Part shown: positions 39,483 through 47,939 of the stretch, piece by piece
How positions within the stretch are numbered: position 1 is the first letter of the stretch
Layout of the letters: each line of letters begins with the position of its first letter
Assembly: GCA_964406495.1 (NCBI GenBank)
Contig: CAYOSB010000005.1
Span: 1-47,939, forward strand
Length of the DNA: 47,939 nucleotides
Direction of reading: 5' to 3'
From: an uncultured Bacteroidaceae bacterium
Lineage (GTDB): Bacteria > Bacteroidota > Bacteroidia > Bacteroidales > GCA-2748055
The notes under the pieces: generated by a model
What the model was told of the DNA's origin: nothing
The model's input: only the letters and a program-made list of their open reading frames with translations
The model's database searches: none
Made by a program: the position numbers and the translations under genes

Positions 39483-41540
39483 ATGAGACAATGCATTTTT
39501 TCTTTTTTAGTAATAAGCATACTGCTTTTAGGGTCATGTAGCCAGGATCAGCAGAATGGAATTCCCCCTGTATTCGATGAAAGTCTGCAATTATCTGCCC
39601 TGGAAAAAGATTTTGACAGAATTAATAAGAAAATTGAAAAGGCAGGTATTGAAGACCATATTTTATATGAATATTTTATTGATCAACAAGGGATTATTAC
39701 AAGGCTGGTGGAAGCGATAAAAACAGATGAAGAGAAACCTGATTCCTTGTTAAGTCATGAGATTCCGCTTCAAAAAGAAGAATGCGCCCAGCTGATCAAT
39801 TCTTTAAACACTGAATTAGAACTGATCAATAAGAATCAAGATTTTGAAAAGCAGGGGATTGAAACCATTAATGTTAAGGATTTTGGAGCAAAAGGAGATG
39901 GAATTTCTAACGACCGGGAAGCTATTTCGGAAGCTTTCAGGAAAGCTAAACAAATGGGTAATGGGGTAAAGGTCTTATTCCCGGAAGGCACCTATTCCAT
40001 TCATGTTTCTGAAGATGCAGAGGTTTCAGGCAATCTTGAACTCATCGGTTGTAAGGACATAGTCCTTGAAGGACTAGGAGATGCCTTGCTGCTCTTTAAG
40101 ACCTACAGAACCGGATTACGAATGGAAGATTGTCATAATGTAAAAGTAAAGAACCTTACTATCGATTATGATCCACTTCCTTTTACCCAGGGTGTTATTA
40201 CGAAAGTTGACCGCAAAAATGATCTCGTTGAAATACGGATTCAGGATGGTTTTCCCTTACCCAATAATGATAAATTTAAAAAAGCCGGATTTCTGAGGGG
40301 AACTATGAATCACCCTGAAACCGGACAGTTATACCAAAAAGGCGATTGGAGAGTAAAAGACCTTGAAGAATTGGGAAACAATATATTCAGATTCGGACTC
40401 CTGAGCAATTATGGTTTTGAACGTAAAGGACTTGCAAAAGACCTGGAAGAAGGCCATATTTTCGTAATGCATGCCAGAGGTACTCCCAGAGGTGGCCCAG
40501 CCATATTTTTATATGGTTCATCTTATGTGACTTTTCACCAGGTTAATGTATGGGCCTCTCCAATCCATATTGCCATTCTTTTTTATTCCGATGCGCTTAA
40601 GTTTATTGATTGTAAAGCAATGCCAAAACCGGGTACCCAACGATTAACCTGTGCAAATGCCGATGGTTTTCACTGCCGCTCAAACAGAAAGGGCCCTTAC
40701 ATAAAGAATTGCACTTTTTTTAGAATTAATGATGATGATACCAACATTTTCGGTAAAATGTTCTCACTGGCAAAAGTGAAATCTGACACTGAAATTATTA
40801 TAAATAGCGGGGCCGGCAGAATTGAAAACGGAAAAGCCATTACTCCAATTTATAAAAAAGGAGAACTGATAGGTTTGGTGAATCCTAATATGGGTTTTAC
40901 AATTGATGCCTATGCCCGCGTTAAAGATATAAATTATGATGAGTGGCATGGAAGTAACTTCCTTACCCTCATCCTCGACAGACCGGTTGAGAATTTGGTG
41001 AGCAGAGATGCGCTTGGTAAAGGTCCTTTTGGTTCCAGAGAATATGTTAAAGGGAATCACCGGGATATTGAGCACTTCGTCGCAAATTTAAATACCATGG
41101 GAAACGGGTTTGTTATTAAGGATAATTCTTTTGGCGATCACCGCGCTTCAAGTGTTAAAATTCAGTCAACCAATGGCTTAATTGAAGGAAACACAATTTC
41201 ACATGTAAAAAACTATGGTTTCTATTTTTGCGCACTGATGAACTGGTTAGAACTTTATCCCCCGCGAAATATCATGATAAGAAACAACATGGTGAATAAC
41301 CATACAGGTTTCTTATCTGAAATTTTACTCCCCACAGGAACTGATCAAGTGAATATAAGACCCATCAGGCGACTGTGGTTTGAAAACAACCAGTTTTTAA
41401 ATGCCACTAACGTAGGAATCAACTTATCAAATGCCGAAGAAATTTATTTTAAGAATAATGTCATAGAATCTCCAGAACCTTTTCGCTTTACAAATTGTAA
41501 AAACATTGTAAAAGAGAATAATACAATCAGGAAACCTTGA
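39483..41540 (+). CDS. GH110-like right-handed beta-helix lipoprotein (putative alpha-galactosidase); start likely ATG 39483
   Basis: Lipobox LGSC. INVKDFGAKGDG..D, NLTIDYDPLPFTQG, NADGFHC..IKNCTF..NDDDTNIFG, matching the Asp pattern of GH110. Confidence 0.7.
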   Translation: MRQCIFSFLVISILLLGSCSQDQQNGIPPVFDESLQLSALEKDFDRINKKIEKAGIEDHILYEYFIDQQGIITRLVEAIKTDEEKPDSLLSHEIPLQKEECAQLINSLNTELELINKNQDFEKQGIETINVKDFGAKGDGISNDREAISEAFRKAKQMGNGVKVLFPEGTYSIHVSEDAEVSGNLELIGCKDIVLEGLGDALLLFKTYRTGLRMEDCHNVKVKNLTIDYDPLPFTQGVITKVDRKNDLVEIRIQDGFPLPNNDKFKKAGFLRGTMNHPETGQLYQKGDWRVKDLEELGNNIFRFGLLSNYGFERKGLAKDLEEGHIFVMHARGTPRGGPAIFLYGSSYVTFHQVNVWASPIHIAILFYSDALKFIDCKAMPKPGTQRLTCANADGFHCRSNRKGPYIKNCTFFRINDDDTNIFGKMFSLAKVKSDTEIIINSGAGRIENGKAITPIYKKGELIGLVNPNMGFTIDAYARVKDINYDEWHGSNFLTLILDRPVENLVSRDALGKGPFGSREYVKGNHRDIEHFVANLNTMGNGFVIKDNSFGDHRASSVKIQSTNGLIEGNTISHVKNYGFYFCALMNWLELYPPRNIMIRNNMVNNHTGFLSEILLPTGTDQVNIRPIRRLWFENNQFLNATNVGINLSNAEEIYFKNNVIESPEPFRFTNCKNIVKENNTIRKP

Positions 41541-41594
41541 TCTTTGGTATAATTATTTAATGAGTTTTTAAACGAATTTAGAATAAGAAAATTA

Positions 41595-43631
41595 ATGAGA
41601 TTAAATGTACTGGTATTGATAGCCATGGTGGCTTTGATATCTGCGAAAGCAATTCCTTACAAAGGGAAAAATATCACTAGCTGCTATGCTAAAATTGAAA
41701 ACGATACGCTCTACCTGGGAAATGATTTCATTGAGCGAAAATATATATGGAATGATGGAAACCTGATTAATTTTTCCATTGAAAACAAACTGTCAAACCA
41801 GGTATTTCAGTTGAAAAATTCAGAACCAGATAATCCTCTGAGTATTGAAAGTATCAGTTTTTCCAATGGCCAGTTTTCTTCTGATATTATTCCTGGTAAT
41901 AATGTTATATTCAGGCATTTAGAGGCTACAATTGTCAGCCATTACAAGGACTATGATCTGAAAAGGGTTTTTAAGATTTATCCCAATAGTCCGGCCTTTG
42001 AAAGCGACTATTATTTAAAGAAAAACGCTGGGTCATCACGGGATTTTGATCCGTTGAAAACCTATATTGAAAATTATAAATTTTCAGAAAAACATCTCAA
42101 GGCTAAAGCCATTGAGTTTTATGACAGAACCGATCATTACAACAATCTGGTAAAAGAGCATGAAATCATCCCTTATTTCCAGGGTAGAAAGATGAAAGGA
42201 AATATTCTTCATGTACAGAATTTAGTTACTGAGAATAGTTTGTTTTTCATTAAAAAAGCACCCTGTTCTTTTGTCCAGTTGCATTACCCGGGATATGATT
42301 TCCTCGTTAAGAATACGGGTATTCAATTTGCAGGATTGGGAATTGCACCGGGTGATCTGAAAACCGGTGAGTGGATCCGCGTATATGGTCTTGTAACCGG
42401 CGTTAGTGGCCCCACCCAACTCGATTTTATGACTGCTTTAAGGGCGTACCAGAAAATAATTCGAAAACGCCAAAAAGGACGGGATGAAATGATCATGATG
42501 AATACCTGGGGCGATCGCAACCAGGATTTAGCCATCAATGAAGCTTTTGTAAAAAGAGAAGTGGACGCGGCTGTAAAACTTGGAATTACCCACTTACAGA
42601 TAGATGATGGCTGGCAGTCCGGATTATCCAGTAATACGGCTATGCAAGAAGCCAGCAGAGACACCTTCTGGAACAGATGGACCAAAGAAGCCTGGGAACC
42701 TGCACGCCATAAGTTTCCAGAGGGCTTTCAAACAGTCAAGGATTATGCCGATGAAAAAGGTATAAAACTGAGTTTGTGGTTTAATCCAAGCAGTGAAAAC
42801 GAGTATGAGCACTGGGAGAGAGATGCTGATATTATCATTGGTCTTTTCCAGGAATATGATGTTCGTTATTTTAAAATTGATGGAATAAGCCTTCCATCAA
42901 AAAAAGCAGAATTAAACCTGGTGAAGTTCTTTGATAAAGTATATATTGAAACGGATAGCGCTGTGGTGTTTAATTTAGATGCCACTGCAGGTAGCCGGGC
43001 CGGCTACCATTATATCAATCCCTTTTACGGGAATATATTTTTAGAAAACCGGTACACCGACTGGAGAAACTATTATCCCTACTGGACCTTACGAAATCTT
43101 TGGATGCTTTCGCAATATACACCTGCAGAGGGATTTCAAATGGAATTTCTGAACAAATGGCGAAATGGTGACAAATATCCCGAGTATATTCCCTTTGCTC
43201 CGCAAAAGCTACCTTTTGACTACAATTTTGCAATCACCATGATGTCGCAGCCTTTAGCTTGGTTCGAAGGTTCCGGCCTTCCTGAAGAAGGGTATGAAAT
43301 AGCCCCTTTAATTAAAGCTTATAATGAGATTCAATATGACATTCATAGTGGTTACATTTTTCCTATTGGCGAAGAACCATCGGGAAGAAGCTGGACAGGT
43401 TTTCAATCCATAAAATCCGAAAATGAGGGTTTTATCCTCGTCTTCAGAGAATTAAATGAATCAAACAGGAAACGGGTTACAACCTGGTTACCTGGAAATG
43501 CGGAAGTGAGTTTTAAAAAAATATTGGGTGAAGGGAATGATTTTAATGCAAAAGTAAATGAAGATGGCAAAGTTGAATTTTCCCTGCCTGGTGCACATTC
43601 ATTTTCGCTTTATAAATATGAAATCAGATAG
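41595..43631 (+). CDS. Clan GH-D (GH36-like/melibiase) putative alpha-galactosidase
   Basis: Signal peptide; MMNTWGD, LQIDDGWQ, KFPEG, LSLWFNP, YFKIDG (nucleophile Asp). Confidence 0.8.
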   Translation: MRLNVLVLIAMVALISAKAIPYKGKNITSCYAKIENDTLYLGNDFIERKYIWNDGNLINFSIENKLSNQVFQLKNSEPDNPLSIESISFSNGQFSSDIIPGNNVIFRHLEATIVSHYKDYDLKRVFKIYPNSPAFESDYYLKKNAGSSRDFDPLKTYIENYKFSEKHLKAKAIEFYDRTDHYNNLVKEHEIIPYFQGRKMKGNILHVQNLVTENSLFFIKKAPCSFVQLHYPGYDFLVKNTGIQFAGLGIAPGDLKTGEWIRVYGLVTGVSGPTQLDFMTALRAYQKIIRKRQKGRDEMIMMNTWGDRNQDLAINEAFVKREVDAAVKLGITHLQIDDGWQSGLSSNTAMQEASRDTFWNRWTKEAWEPARHKFPEGFQTVKDYADEKGIKLSLWFNPSSENEYEHWERDADIIIGLFQEYDVRYFKIDGISLPSKKAELNLVKFFDKVYIETDSAVVFNLDATAGSRAGYHYINPFYGNIFLENRYTDWRNYYPYWTLRNLWMLSQYTPAEGFQMEFLNKWRNGDKYPEYIPFAPQKLPFDYNFAITMMSQPLAWFEGSGLPEEGYEIAPLIKAYNEIQYDIHSGYIFPIGEEPSGRSWTGFQSIKSENEGFILVFRELNESNRKRVTTWLPGNAEVSFKKILGEGNDFNAKVNEDGKVEFSLPGAHSFSLYKYEIR

Positions 43632-43802
43632 AAGCAAACTCGCGAAATGGCTACAACTGACCGGCATCAATGGAGAGTAGCCGTATGGGACATCCGGGAA
43701 TTCTCCCCAGAGGGTGGGTATTCACAGGATATGGATTTCCGGATTAAAGGAACAGGGAAAAATGATGTGGTTATTCAAATGGTTAGACTGTCAGAGCACT
43801 AA
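43632..43802 (+). pseudogene. Possible orphan C-terminal gene fragment or small ORF (56 open codons; 51 aa from ATG 43647)
   Basis: Reads KQTRE-MATTDRHQWRVAVWDIREFSPEGGYSQDMDFRIKGTGKNDVVIQMVRLSEH*. It looks coding-like rather than like the AT-rich spacers, and resembles the end of a beta-sandwich domain. Confidence 0.35.
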
Positions 43803-43866
43803 GAAATGAATTGGGAATATACTTCCGGCGAAAAAATCGAATAAAATCAAACAAATACATACTATT

Positions 43867-45984
43867 ATGAAATTTCACCTAAACCAATGGCCCTTTGTTT
43901 TTTTTGTTTTGTTTCAGATGAGTTTTGGGAACTTATTAGTAAAGGCAGCCACGCCAGCATCCTCTGCAAAAGACGATTGCATAACTACTTGCCCTCATTC
44001 GGCTCCACGTGTCTTTTATGTTTCTACTAAAGGAAATGACGCCTGGAGTGGTATTTTTGAGAATCCTAACAAAGAACTGAACGATGGTCCCTTTGCCACC
44101 CTTGCCCATGCCAAAGAAGTGGTAAAGGAACTGCGCAAATCAGAGTCCTTCAACCAACCTGTTCAGATCGTAATCAAAGAAGGCGTTTATAATTTATCTG
44201 AAACACTGGTTTTTCGGCCTGAAGATAGCGGAGCTGAAGGAGCTGAGCTTACATTCAGGGCTGCGCAGGGAGAAAAGGTTGTTATATCAGGAGGAAAGGT
44301 TCTAACAGGTTTTAAGGAAATAAGTGAAAACCTCTGGAGACTGAGAATTCCTGAAGTAAAAGAAGGTTCCTGGGAATTCAGACAACTATTCAGGGATGAC
44401 AAAAGACTTACCCGCTCGCGGCTTCCTGAAGAAGGATGGTTTTTTCTTGAACCCGTTTCAGAATCGATTGAAGGAGAACTAAGTAAGGAGCAGGAGTTTC
44501 ATGTGAAAGAGGGTGAGATTGAAGCATATGATAATCTCCATCAGGCAGAATTAATTGTGTACAACCGCTGGAATAATTCACGCCTTTTTATTGAATCCAT
44601 TGATGAGGAAAATCAGATTTGCAGGTTTAAGGGAGAAATCTGGAGGGGACCGAAAGAAGGTAAGCGTTTCCACATAGAAAACATTAGGGAAGGCCTGACG
44701 CGTTCGGGTACATGGTATTTAAATTATGATAAAGGCCTGCTTTATATACGCACAGAAGAGGATCCAAACGATAGCAGTATAATGGCGCCGGTACTGGAAA
44801 CACTTGTTGAGTTCCGGGGTGAATATCCTTCGGGAGATTTTGTGAGCCATATTACCATGAAGGACGTGAGCTTTCGCTATGCTTCTTTCCCTGTTGGAGA
44901 GATGGGTATTAGAGGGTTACAAGCTGCTAACTATCTTTCCGGTGCAATCTATGCAGAAGCAGCTCAATATATTAAGATAGAGAACTGTGAAATTACATCC
45001 GTAGGACAATATGGTGTGGATATCGGCCCACGCTGCCATCATTGTAGTGTGATTCATAATCGGTTTACCGATTTAGGTGCCGGTGGAGTGCGTCTTGGTA
45101 CAACCACCAGATCAAAAACAGATGAGTTTGTTTCTTACCATAATACCATTTCTGATAACTTAATTGCTGAAGGAGGAGAAACAGCTTTTGGCGCTGTAGG
45201 GATATTTGCAGCAAATTGCCGGTACACCACCATTTCACATAATGAAGTTACACAAATGAAGTACACCGGGATTTCTGTCGGCTGGGACTGGGGTACAGGG
45301 CCAAATCACTGCAGGGATAATATTATTGAGAAAAACTATATACATCACATTGGCATGAATATCCTTTCGGATATGGGAGGTATATATACACTTGGTCTGT
45401 CACCGGGGACTTATATCCGGGGGAATCTTATCCATGATGTATGGCCTTATGAGAATTCGGGACGGGGTATCTACCTGGATGAAGGAAGTGTGGGATATAT
45501 TGTCGAAAACAATATTGTGTACAATACCTTAAGTCCGTCAATACGGTTTCAAATAGGAACGGCAGGAAACATTGTTAAAAACAATATTTTTGCCTTTGCT
45601 AAAGAAGGGGTGTTAGGTTATGATACAGACCGTTTCAATGTGTTCCATCAGAATATTGTTTACTGGAAAGAGGGCCCGCTATTTTCAGGAAACCGGATCC
45701 ATAACTTTGATCAGGAGATAAGCAATAACCTATATTGGAATCCTGATGATCCTGCTCCGGAATTTGCCGGTTACATATTTGAGGAGTGGAGAAAACAAAG
45801 ACGTCCAAAGCTTGGTTTTGTAAATCATCCCTCCATGGATCATCATTCTCTTTATGCTGATCCCCATTTTAAAAATCCGGCTAAGGGTGATTTTACATTG
45901 TTGCCGGAGAGTCCGGCTTTTGAATTGGGTTTTGAACCGATTGATACAAGCGATGTAGGCCTGAGAAAATACAAAAAAGAGTAA
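43867..45984 (+). CDS. GH141-like right-handed beta-helix glycosidase
   Basis: FYVSTKGNDAWSG...DGPFATL, GVYNLSETLVFRPEDSG, ISGG, RQLF, YTGISVGW.W, LSDMGGIYTLG, GIYLDEGS. Confidence 0.75.
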   Translation: MKFHLNQWPFVFFVLFQMSFGNLLVKAATPASSAKDDCITTCPHSAPRVFYVSTKGNDAWSGIFENPNKELNDGPFATLAHAKEVVKELRKSESFNQPVQIVIKEGVYNLSETLVFRPEDSGAEGAELTFRAAQGEKVVISGGKVLTGFKEISENLWRLRIPEVKEGSWEFRQLFRDDKRLTRSRLPEEGWFFLEPVSESIEGELSKEQEFHVKEGEIEAYDNLHQAELIVYNRWNNSRLFIESIDEENQICRFKGEIWRGPKEGKRFHIENIREGLTRSGTWYLNYDKGLLYIRTEEDPNDSSIMAPVLETLVEFRGEYPSGDFVSHITMKDVSFRYASFPVGEMGIRGLQAANYLSGAIYAEAAQYIKIENCEITSVGQYGVDIGPRCHHCSVIHNRFTDLGAGGVRLGTTTRSKTDEFVSYHNTISDNLIAEGGETAFGAVGIFAANCRYTTISHNEVTQMKYTGISVGWDWGTGPNHCRDNIIEKNYIHHIGMNILSDMGGIYTLGLSPGTYIRGNLIHDVWPYENSGRGIYLDEGSVGYIVENNIVYNTLSPSIRFQIGTAGNIVKNNIFAFAKEGVLGYDTDRFNVFHQNIVYWKEGPLFSGNRIHNFDQEISNNLYWNPDDPAPEFAGYIFEEWRKQRRPKLGFVNHPSMDHHSLYADPHFKNPAKGDFTLLPESPAFELGFEPIDTSDVGLRKYKKE

Positions 45985-46113
45985 TTTCATCTAAAACCTT
46001 TGATTAACTGCGATAGACAAAGGACAGAATTACTTCGGCAATTTATGATGTTAATTTTGATTTAATCCGCCCCTGTTTCATTAGTCTTATAGTATATTCC
46101 TTTTTCGATTCCT

Positions 46114-46121
46114 TATATTTG
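46114..46121 (+). promoter_or_regulatory. Bacteroidota housekeeping sigma -7 element (TAnnTTTG) upstream of cysE
   Basis: TATATTTG lies 15 bp before ATG 46137. No clean -33 TTTG is seen. It also argues against the TTG 46119 start given in the ORF track. Confidence 0.6.
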
Positions 46122-46136
46122 CATTTTTGTTCAATT

Positions 46137-46976
46137 ATGAGTGATCTGAAGAAATTTGCTAAGCAATTGAGCTCCATGAACAAGGGATACTGCATGGAGG
46201 CCCCGTCGATGGTAAAGACCCATACATTCGTTGAATCGATGGTGCACCTGTTGTTCCCCATAAAACTGGATTGTAAGATCGAGGAGAACGAAGTGCATAT
46301 GGAGCTGCAACGTTGCGAACTGGAGCTGAAGGATTTGTTGTTTTCCATCCGGAATTCCATTCCCGATTCACCTGAACTGATCGCGGCAAAATTTATGGCT
46401 GAGCTGCCAAAAGCCTATGATGCGATGATGGAGGATGCTGTTTCCATTGCCAGGTTCGATCCTGCCTCGAGTTGTGTGGAAGAGGTGATTCTGGCCTATC
46501 CGGGGTTCTATTGTATCTCGGTGTACAGGATGGCGAACATTCTCTACAAACTGAAAGTGCCTTTGCTGCCCCGCGTGATGATGGAATATGTACACGGGCA
46601 GACCGGGATCGATATTCATCCGGGAGCAAAGATCAATTCGCCTTTTTTTATCGACCATGGAACCGGGATCGTAATTGGTGAAACTGCGGAGATCGGAAAG
46701 AATGTGAAGATCTACCAGGGGGTGACCCTGGGTGCGCTTACCGTGGAAAAGGATATGGCGCGGACCAAAAGGCATCCTACCATTGAAGATAACGTGGTAA
46801 TCTATGCAGGAAGTACCATCCTCGGAGGCAAGACCAACATTGGTCATGATACCGTGGTCGGCGGGAACACCTGGATCACCGAAAGCGTGCTGCCCCATTC
46901 CGTGGTGTATCGTCAACATCGTGTGATGGTGAAGGATCACAAGGACTTTACCACCCCTATAGATTACGTGATTTGA
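46137..46976 (+). CDS. cysE: Serine O-acetyltransferase (EpsC/CysE type)
   Basis: DPA...EEVILAYPG, TGIDIHPGA.I, FFIDHGTGIVIGET, KIYQGVTLGAL, KRHPTIEDNVVIYAG. Confidence 0.95.
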   Translation: MSDLKKFAKQLSSMNKGYCMEAPSMVKTHTFVESMVHLLFPIKLDCKIEENEVHMELQRCELELKDLLFSIRNSIPDSPELIAAKFMAELPKAYDAMMEDAVSIARFDPASSCVEEVILAYPGFYCISVYRMANILYKLKVPLLPRVMMEYVHGQTGIDIHPGAKINSPFFIDHGTGIVIGETAEIGKNVKIYQGVTLGALTVEKDMARTKRHPTIEDNVVIYAGSTILGGKTNIGHDTVVGGNTWITESVLPHSVVYRQHRVMVKDHKDFTTPIDYVI

Positions 46977-46992
46977 TTAAAAAAATGCAACC

Positions 46993-47901
46993 ATGAAATA
47001 CAACAACATACTTGAAACCATAGGAAATACACCCCATGTGAGATTAAGCAAACTGTTCCCCGACCACGAGGTGTGGGTGAAACTTGAGCGCGCCAATCCC
47101 GGTGGAAGCATTAAGGACCGGATCGCACATTCTATGATCGAAGATGCAGAGGCCAGGGGAATCCTTAAAGCGGGCAGCGTGATCATTGAGCCCACTTCCG
47201 GGAATACCGGGATCGGTATTGCCATGGTGGGTGCAGTGAAAGGTTACCGGGTGATCCTGGTAATGCCTGAATCGATGTCGGTGGAGCGTCGGAGCATTCT
47301 TCGGGCCTACGGGGCAGAGATCGAACTGACCGACCGGGCCAAAGGGATGAAGGGATCCATTGCACGGGCCGAAGAACTCAGGGATGAGATCGACAATGCC
47401 TGGATTCCCTCGCAGTTTGAAAATCCTTCCAATCCCGGGATCCACGAACGTACCACCGCGCTCGAAATCCTGGAAGATTTCCCGGATGGACTGGACTACA
47501 TGATTACGGGTGTCGGAACCGGGGGGCACATCAGTGGTGTGGCGAAAGTGTTGAAGCAGGAGATCAAAGGGATCAAAGTATTTGCCGTGGAACCTTCCGA
47601 GTCGCAGGTGATCAAAGGGGAAGAGCCCGCCCCGCACAAGATCATGGGCATCGGGCCGGGGTTTATTCCCGGAACCCTCGACCGGTCGGTGCTTGATGGT
47701 ACCGTTGCAGTGGAGCAACAGGAAGCGTATCTCTTTGCGCGCAGGTCTGCGCAGGAGGAAGGAATCTTCATCGGTATTTCCAGTGGTGCCTCACTGGCAG
47801 CTGTGAGTAAGAAACTTTCTGAGATACCCGCCGGAGCCCGGGTACTGACCTTCAATTATGATACCGGCGAAAGATATTTGTCGGTAAATGATCTCTTTTA
47901 G
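46993..47901 (+). CDS. cysK: Cysteine synthase A (O-acetylserine sulfhydrylase)
   Basis: [14 protein letters not shown] (PLP lysine), [37 protein letters not shown]. Confidence 0.97.
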   Translation: MKYNNILETIGNTPHVRLSKLFPDHEVWVKLERANPGGSIKDRIAHSMIEDAEARGILKAGSVIIEPTSGNTGIGIAMVGAVKGYRVILVMPESMSVERRSILRAYGAEIELTDRAKGMKGSIARAEELRDEIDNAWIPSQFENPSNPGIHERTTALEILEDFPDGLDYMITGVGTGGHISGVAKVLKQEIKGIKVFAVEPSESQVIKGEEPAPHKIMGIGPGFIPGTLDRSVLDGTVAVEQQEAYLFARRSAQEEGIFIGISSGASLAAVSKKLSEIPAGARVLTFNYDTGERYLSVNDLF

Positions 47902-47939
47902 CCGGTTTTTGATATTTTTGACACTGACTCTAATGCTAC

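Larger units (their letters stand above)
870..45984 (+). other. Polysaccharide utilization locus with two SusC/SusD pairs
   Basis: Co-oriented susCD pairs, surface lipoproteins, secreted enzymes and glycosidases with short spacers. Confidence 0.92.

Noticed and set aside
45997..46023. CCTTTG...CAAAGG inverted repeat after the GH141-like gene
   Set aside because: Short, imperfect stem with no U-tract; too weak to call a terminator.
46368..47718. 190-aa and 224-aa antisense ORFs over cysE and cysK
   Set aside because: Expected by-product of the codon bias in these conserved genes.
46137..47901. Functional link between cysE-cysK and the PUL (acetyl or sulfur recycling)
   Set aside because: The pair has its own promoter element and different composition, and no sulfatase is present; adjacency alone is not evidence.

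Overview
Bacteroidota (probably Bacteroidales-like) genomic window. Every credible gene lies on the + strand. About 45 kb form one large polysaccharide utilization locus (PUL). It opens with the 3' end of an M16 peptidase, followed by a fasciclin-lipoprotein/SusC/SusD/fasciclin/fasciclin/SusC/SusD transporter block. Next comes a tandem array of five 1180-1800 aa T9SS-secreted proteins built by shuffling shared modules: 8 copies of a ~370-410 aa beta-helix module, 2 SGNH esterase modules, 1 alginate-lyase-like alpha/alpha domain, CBM35/CBM6-like modules and about 23 InlB-B-like repeats. Four glycosidase-like genes follow (GH31, GH110-like, GH36-like, GH141-like). The window ends with the more GC-rich housekeeping pair cysE-cysK. 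The best candidate for an undescribed system is the secreted array. Three of its beta-helix modules share a strongly conserved DN(I/L)HLEN...DASDG...(Y/F)K(M/L)SG motif reminiscent of PL9 (Asp cluster plus Lys base), and one protein fuses a lyase-like, an esterase and a beta-helix domain. By inference the target is an O-acetylated, uronate-containing, alpha-galactosylated glycan such as a bacterial exopolysaccharide. All family calls come from motif recognition by eye; no database search was run.
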